A stretch of 64,000 nucleotides of DNA. Source: Bacillota bacterium. GTDB lineage: Bacteria; Bacillota; Dehalobacteriia; UBA4068. A program made the position numbers and the translations under genes. Under the pieces are notes generated by a model. The model saw only the letters and a program-made list of their open reading frames with translations, was not told the origin of the DNA and made no database searches. Position 1 is the stretch's first letter; the number at the start of each line of letters is the position of its first letter. The stretch lies in the NCBI GenBank assembly GCA_024679955.1, contig JAILCQ010000030.1, forward strand, positions 33,482 through 97,481. The letters are read 5' to 3'. Of the stretch, positions 59,569 to 64,000 are shown in pieces.

Positions 59569-59790
59569 TTATTTTTCCTCCAAAATCATTTCCACCTCCG
59601 CCACTTTGCCCAAAGCGGTCTCTTCATCCAGATAGGGCTGGCCGCAGCGGGGGCAGCGCAACAAAAGCGTGGAAAAGGTGCTGTCCATATAGGAAACATG
59701 GGTTTTTGCCGAGCGCAAAGGCATTTGGCAAGAACAGCAAAGCAAACCGTCGCTGTTTTCTATCAAATCTTCCGTTTTTATTTCATTCAT
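59569..59790 (-). CDS. DVU_1557-like small CxxC/CPxCG redox protein (73 aa)
   Basis: LLCCSCQMPL...VSYM...LLRCPRCGQ.Y..E..A.GK..EVE..LEEK; abuts the radical SAM gene. Confidence 0.85.
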   Translation of the reverse strand: MNEIKTEDLIENSDGLLCCSCQMPLRSAKTHVSYMDSTFSTLLLRCPRCGQPYLDEETALGKVAEVEMILEEK

Positions 59791-60021
59791 GGCATTTTCT
59801 CCCATTTTCTCCGGCGGGCCCGGCTTGCTTTGGCAACAGCGCCAAAAGCATAGACAAACCGGAAGCCGCGATCTGGCCAAGCTCCATTCCGGCTTGGCAA
59901 CGGCGCATTTATTATAGCATATTTTTCCCCGGCGGCAAACGGCCCCACGGTTGAAAAAAAGGCCTGGGCATGCTATATTTTTAGCATGACCGGCAGATTT
60001 TTTCCATAAAAGGAGGCCGTC

Positions 60022-60726
60022 ATGCATAATAAAACCTATGTTCGCGGCAAAAAGACTTTGGCCGTTTTGTCCGCTTTGCTTTTGGCGATCTATTGCTTTC
60101 TGGTTATTTGCCTGTTTTTCAGCCAAACGCCGGATACCGTAAAGGCTATCCCTGCCTACAGCGGCGCGCCCTATGTGGAAATCAACGGCAATCGCCCCGG
60201 CTTCACCCGGGCGGATCTGACCACAAAGGCTTATGAAAGCTACAGCGACCTGGACATACTGGGCCGCTGCGGCATGGCCAGGGCCAATCTGGGCCGGGAA
60301 ACCATGCCCCGGGGCGAAAGAAGCCCCATCGGCCAAATCAAGCCTTCCGGCTGGCATACCGTCAAATATGACGGTATAGACGGCAAATATCTGTACAACC
60401 GCTGTCATCTGATCGCCTACTGTCTAAGCGGGGAAAATGCCAATGAAAAGAACCTGATCACCGGCACCCGTTATTTGAACACCCAGGGCATGCTGGCTTT
60501 TGAAAACATGGTTGCCGACTATATCACGGAAACCGGCAATCATGTGCTGTACCGGGTGACGCCGGTATTTCACGGCGTGAATTTGCTGGCCACCGGGGTG
60601 CAGATCGAAGCTCTGTCCGTAGAAGACCGGGGCGAAGGCATTTGCTTCAACGTGTTCCTGTATAATGTGCAGCCCGGCATCGTCATCGATTACCGTGACG
60701 GCGAAAGTCGGCCGGCGGAAAACTGA
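60022..60726 (+). CDS. DNA/RNA non-specific endonuclease (EndA-like, membrane-anchored)
   Basis: LDILGRC, KPSGW, YNRCHLIAY.L.GEN...NL, YRVTP, NVQPG. Confidence 0.9.
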   Translation: MHNKTYVRGKKTLAVLSALLLAIYCFLVICLFFSQTPDTVKAIPAYSGAPYVEINGNRPGFTRADLTTKAYESYSDLDILGRCGMARANLGRETMPRGERSPIGQIKPSGWHTVKYDGIDGKYLYNRCHLIAYCLSGENANEKNLITGTRYLNTQGMLAFENMVADYITETGNHVLYRVTPVFHGVNLLATGVQIEALSVEDRGEGICFNVFLYNVQPGIVIDYRDGESRPAEN

Positions 60727-60798
60727 ACCGCCGGAAAAAACCGGCAAAGAAACCCGGATAAGCAGACCGGATACGGAGCCGATCGAAAGGAGATACCC

Positions 60799-61536
60799 AT
60801 GCTTACAGAAGAGTTGATTGCTTATGCGGCGGAACAGGCAGGAGATTTGCAGCTGACCGATATGGTTTTGGGCGTCGGTTATACGGCGGTACGTTTTTCC
60901 CCGGAACATTGCGGCGTTTGCTATACCTTCCGGGAAGAATTGGGCTTTTCCTGCGGCGTATTGGATCGGGCGGGAAGCTATGCCGGCGTCCAGGCCACGG
61001 ATATATTGCAATGGGCCGCCTCCAAACTGCCGGCCCGGGCCAGCGTGGGCCTGGCGGCCATCAACGCTTTGCTGAACCGGGGCTACCCCGAAGGGGAAAA
61101 CATCGGCGACGCGGTTTCCTGCAGCAGCGAAGATACGGTGGGGATGATCGGCTTTTTCTGTCCTTTGGCCGCAAAATTCAGAAACCTGGCCAAAGACTTC
61201 TATATTTTTGAAAAGCGCCCGGCTCCCGGCCCCCATATCCACGCCGCCGAAGAAATGGACGCCCTGCTGCCCCGTTGCGATATCGTGGTGCTCAGCGCCA
61301 CCACCCTGGCCAATCACACCGCCGAACGCATTTTGTCCCTGTGCGGCAAGGCCAGGGAAATCATCATGGTCGGCGCTTCCACGCCCATGGCCGGGCCGGT
61401 ACTGCGGCGTTATGGCGTGACCATGCTGGCCGGCACGGAGATTTGCGACGGCGACCTGGCCATGCGCATCGTGGCCCAGGGCGGCGGCGGTATGGATCTG
61501 GGACGGGCCGGCCGCAAAACGCTGCTGCGCATCTGA
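60799..61536 (+). CDS. DUF4213/DUF364 Rossmann-like protein
   Basis: GVGYTAV, SVGLAAINAL, MIGFF.P, SATTLANHT, GASTP. Confidence 0.85.
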   Translation: MLTEELIAYAAEQAGDLQLTDMVLGVGYTAVRFSPEHCGVCYTFREELGFSCGVLDRAGSYAGVQATDILQWAASKLPARASVGLAAINALLNRGYPEGENIGDAVSCSSEDTVGMIGFFCPLAAKFRNLAKDFYIFEKRPAPGPHIHAAEEMDALLPRCDIVVLSATTLANHTAERILSLCGKAREIIMVGASTPMAGPVLRRYGVTMLAGTEICDGDLAMRIVAQGGGGMDLGRAGRKTLLRI

Positions 61537-61794
61537 GAGGGATGCGGGGGCTCCATGGCCGGGTGCAGCCTGCCGGGATAACCGGCTGCCCGGCCTGAAA
61601 AAAGAAATTTTCGCGGATAATAAAAATTTTCCGTTTTTCTCGTTTGCTTGACGGCCGCTATATGATATAATTATAGAATCGGTTATACTATCGGTTTTGC
61701 CTGGGCAAGCCATAAACGCCGTTTTTTACAGAAAATCGCCCCGCCGCCGCCGAATCACCGGCGCAAACGGCAGGGCAAAGAAGGGAGATATCCT

Positions 61795-62271
61795 ATGAAA
61801 AATCTGCTTCAACTCATTGAAAACGATAGCAAATTGACGGCTGAGCAACTGGCGGTTATGCTGGATACCGATGTGGCGGAAGTAAAAGAATCGATTAAAG
61901 CCTTTGAGGATCAAGGCATTATTTTGGCATACAAAACCATCATCGACTGGGACAAAACCGACCGGGAATATGTCACCGCTTTGATCGAACTGAAAGTCGC
62001 CCCGCAACGGGACAAAGGCTTTGAACGGATCGCCGAAAAAATCTACAACTATCCGGAAGTGCAAAGCGTGTATCTGATGTCCGGCAGCTATGATCTGGCC
62101 GTGATCCTGGAAGGGCATACCATGAAGGAAGTGGCCTATTTTGTCGCCAAAAAGCTGGCGCCCTTGGAATCCATCGTTTCCACAGCCACCCATTTCGTTT
62201 TGCGCAAATACAAAGACGAAGGCGTTATCTTTGACAATATTGAAATCGACGAGAGAGGAAACTGTATATAA
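61795..62271 (+). CDS. Lrp/AsnC family regulator (YugG/AlaR-like)
   Basis: YKTIIDWDK, YLMSGSYDL, STATHFVLRKYK. Confidence 0.93.
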   Translation: MKNLLQLIENDSKLTAEQLAVMLDTDVAEVKESIKAFEDQGIILAYKTIIDWDKTDREYVTALIELKVAPQRDKGFERIAEKIYNYPEVQSVYLMSGSYDLAVILEGHTMKEVAYFVAKKLAPLESIVSTATHFVLRKYKDEGVIFDNIEIDERGNCI

Positions 62272-63453
62272 ATGCTGAATTATAACGACATTCTGTCGAA
62301 TAAAGTACAGAATATCAAGCCGTCCGGCATCCGAAAATTTTTCGATATCCTGGACGACATGAAAGACGTCATTTCTCTGACCGTAGGACAGCCGGATTTC
62401 GTCACCCCCTGGCATATCCGCGAAGCCGGCATCGAAAGCCTGGAAAAAGGGAAAACCTATTACACCTCCAACAGCGGCTCCATGGAACTGCGGGAAGAGA
62501 TCTCCCGCTATTTATACCGGCGCTTCAACCTGAATTACAGCGCCAAAGACGAAATCATCGTCACCGTGGGCGGCAGCGAGGCCATCGATATCGCCATCCG
62601 CGCCCTGCTCAATCCGGGAGACGAGGTCATCATACCGGCCCCCTGCTTCGTTTGCTACGAACCCATGGTAGATTTGGCCGGCGGCAAGGCGGTGGTCGTC
62701 GCCACCCAGGAAAAGGATTGCTTTAAGCTGACCGCCGACGCTTTGCGGCAGGCCATCACCCCCAAGACCAAGCTGCTGATCCTGCCCTACCCCAACAACC
62801 CCACCGGCGCGATCATGACAACGGAAGATCTGGAAGCTCTGGCGGAAGTATTGCGGCCTACCAATATCATGGTTTTGGCCGACGAGATCTATGCGGAGCT
62901 GACCTATGGCCGCAAGCACGTTTCCATCGCCACCCTGGACGGTATGCGGGAACGCACCATCATCGCCAGCGGTTTTTCCAAGGCCTATGCCATGACCGGC
63001 TGGCGTATGGGCTACACCCTGGCCCCGCGGGAAATCTCCCAGCAAATGCTGAAGATCCATCAGTTCGCCATCATGTGCGCCCCCACCACCAGCCAACACG
63101 CGGCCATCGAGGCCATGCGGGAAGGGGACGAGGATATCGCCAATATGCGGGACGAATACAATCGCCGCCGCCGCTATATCGTCAACAGCCTCAAAGGCAT
63201 CCATTTGGATTGCTTCGAGCCGGAAGGCGCGTTTTACGTGTTTCCCAATATCGGTGGCTACGGCATGAGCAGCGAAACGTTTTGCGAACGCCTGCTCTTT
63301 GAAGAAGGCGTGGCCATCGTGCCGGGAACGGCTTTCGGCGCCTGCGGCGAAGGCTTCGCCCGTATCTCCTACGCCTACTCCGTAAGCCATATCGCTTTGG
63401 CTTTGGACAAAATCGAAAAATTCCTCACCCGGATACAAGCGGAAAAAAAATAA
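62272..63453 (+). CDS. PLP-dependent class I aminotransferase (YugH/AlaT-like)
   Basis: PSGIRKFFD, GQPDF, PNNPTG, DEIY, GFSKAYAMTGWRMG. Confidence 0.95.
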   Translation: MLNYNDILSNKVQNIKPSGIRKFFDILDDMKDVISLTVGQPDFVTPWHIREAGIESLEKGKTYYTSNSGSMELREEISRYLYRRFNLNYSAKDEIIVTVGGSEAIDIAIRALLNPGDEVIIPAPCFVCYEPMVDLAGGKAVVVATQEKDCFKLTADALRQAITPKTKLLILPYPNNPTGAIMTTEDLEALAEVLRPTNIMVLADEIYAELTYGRKHVSIATLDGMRERTIIASGFSKAYAMTGWRMGYTLAPREISQQMLKIHQFAIMCAPTTSQHAAIEAMREGDEDIANMRDEYNRRRRYIVNSLKGIHLDCFEPEGAFYVFPNIGGYGMSSETFCERLLFEEGVAIVPGTAFGACGEGFARISYAYSVSHIALALDKIEKFLTRIQAEKK

Positions 63454-63478
63454 AACGCCGGTGAAAACGGCGCAACCC

Positions 63479-63506
63479 AGGGGACGGCCTAGGCCGTCCC
63501 TTTTTT
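63479..63506 (+). terminator. Terminator after the aminotransferase gene
   Basis: GGGACGGCCTAGGCCGTCCC followed by T6. Confidence 0.75.
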
Positions 63507-63530
63507 CCGGCCGGAAGCGCCGGCCCGGTT

Positions 63531-64000
63531 TCATATATCATCCAAAAACATGCGAAAGGCCGTGGGCAAAGCGTAGCTTTGCCGCATTTCCGCCAAAGCG
63601 GCCCAGGCAAACCCTTCCGCCATATGGGCGCACTGTATATGATAGCAGACCATTTGCCAACGGATATGGGTAAACACATGTTCTTTGTGGATCTCCCGCT
63701 GCATAAGCGAAGGCTCTACGCCCCAGGACGCCGCCTGGGCCAAAGCCGCCGCCGGCGACAAAGTCCCCGCCACATTGGGCAACTGCCATAGGCCGGACAG
63801 CAAGCCTTCTCCCTCCCGTCTTTGCAGCGCCACTTTGTCCTGGCAGCGCAATAAAAACACGGTGCGTTGTTCCAGCCGTTTTTCCCGTTTGGGCAGGCGC
63901 GCCGGCAACTCCGCCACGGAGCCCCGGGCATAGGCCAGGCACAGGCCCTGCACGGGGCAAAGGGCGCATTTGGCAGATTTGGGCGTGCAAACCGTGGCCC
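63531..64000 (-). CDS. mutY: A/G-specific adenine glycosylase, C-terminal part (5' end off window)
   Basis: Fe-S motif ATVCTPKSAKCALCPVQGLC, then GLLSGLWQLP, HVFTHIRW, ALPTAF. Confidence 0.9.
   Translation of the reverse strand, partial: ATVCTPKSAKCALCPVQGLCLAYARGSVAELPARLPKREKRLEQRTVFLLRCQDKVALQRREGEGLLSGLWQLPNVAGTLSPAAALAQAASWGVEPSLMQREIHKEHVFTHIRWQMVCYHIQCAHMAEGFAWAALAEMRQSYALPTAFRMFLDDI

Noticed and set aside
57291-59790. Selenoproteins in the yedF/TrsS-like region
   Set aside because: No in-frame TGA in any of the four genes; the stops are TAA/TAG and the redox sites are Cys.

Overview
GC-rich core-chromosome window from an endospore-forming anaerobic Bacillota, probably a Peptococcaceae/Dehalobacteriia-like lineage (inferred from the short 216-aa EF-Ts, full-length DnaE, complete spoIIIAA-AH and gene order). 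About 70 genes lie almost all on the minus strand. In transcription order they are: mutY end, a CxxC protein/radical SAM pair, yedF/DUF3343, spoIIIAA-AH, asp23-amaP-nusB-TsaD paralog-xseAB-ispA, a cell-envelope islet (lipoprotein, tagO-like, SH3 protein, hydrolase-murF-ddl), dprA-topA-trmFO-ABC-xerC-hslV-lipoprotein-hslU, rpsB-tsf-pyrH-frr-ferredoxin-uppS-cdsA-dxr-rseP-ispG-proS, recA-recX-CofE-like-rny-ymdB-dipeptidase-PHP, CobS-like-radC-dnaE, gdhA, a fur-family gene, and mraZ-rsmH (start of the dcw cluster). I saw no rRNA, tRNA, CRISPR array or mobile element. The best leads are: (1) a structured, terminator-containing leader upstream of rny; (2) a hydrolase/membrane-MurF/Ddl trio; (3) a Tes-like (COG1964/TrsS) radical SAM with a small CxxC partner beside Se/S-carrier genes; (4) a putative sigmaE unit containing a catalytically degenerate CobS homolog; (5) an orphan CofE-like ligase. 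All calls come from motif recognition by eye; no database searches were run.
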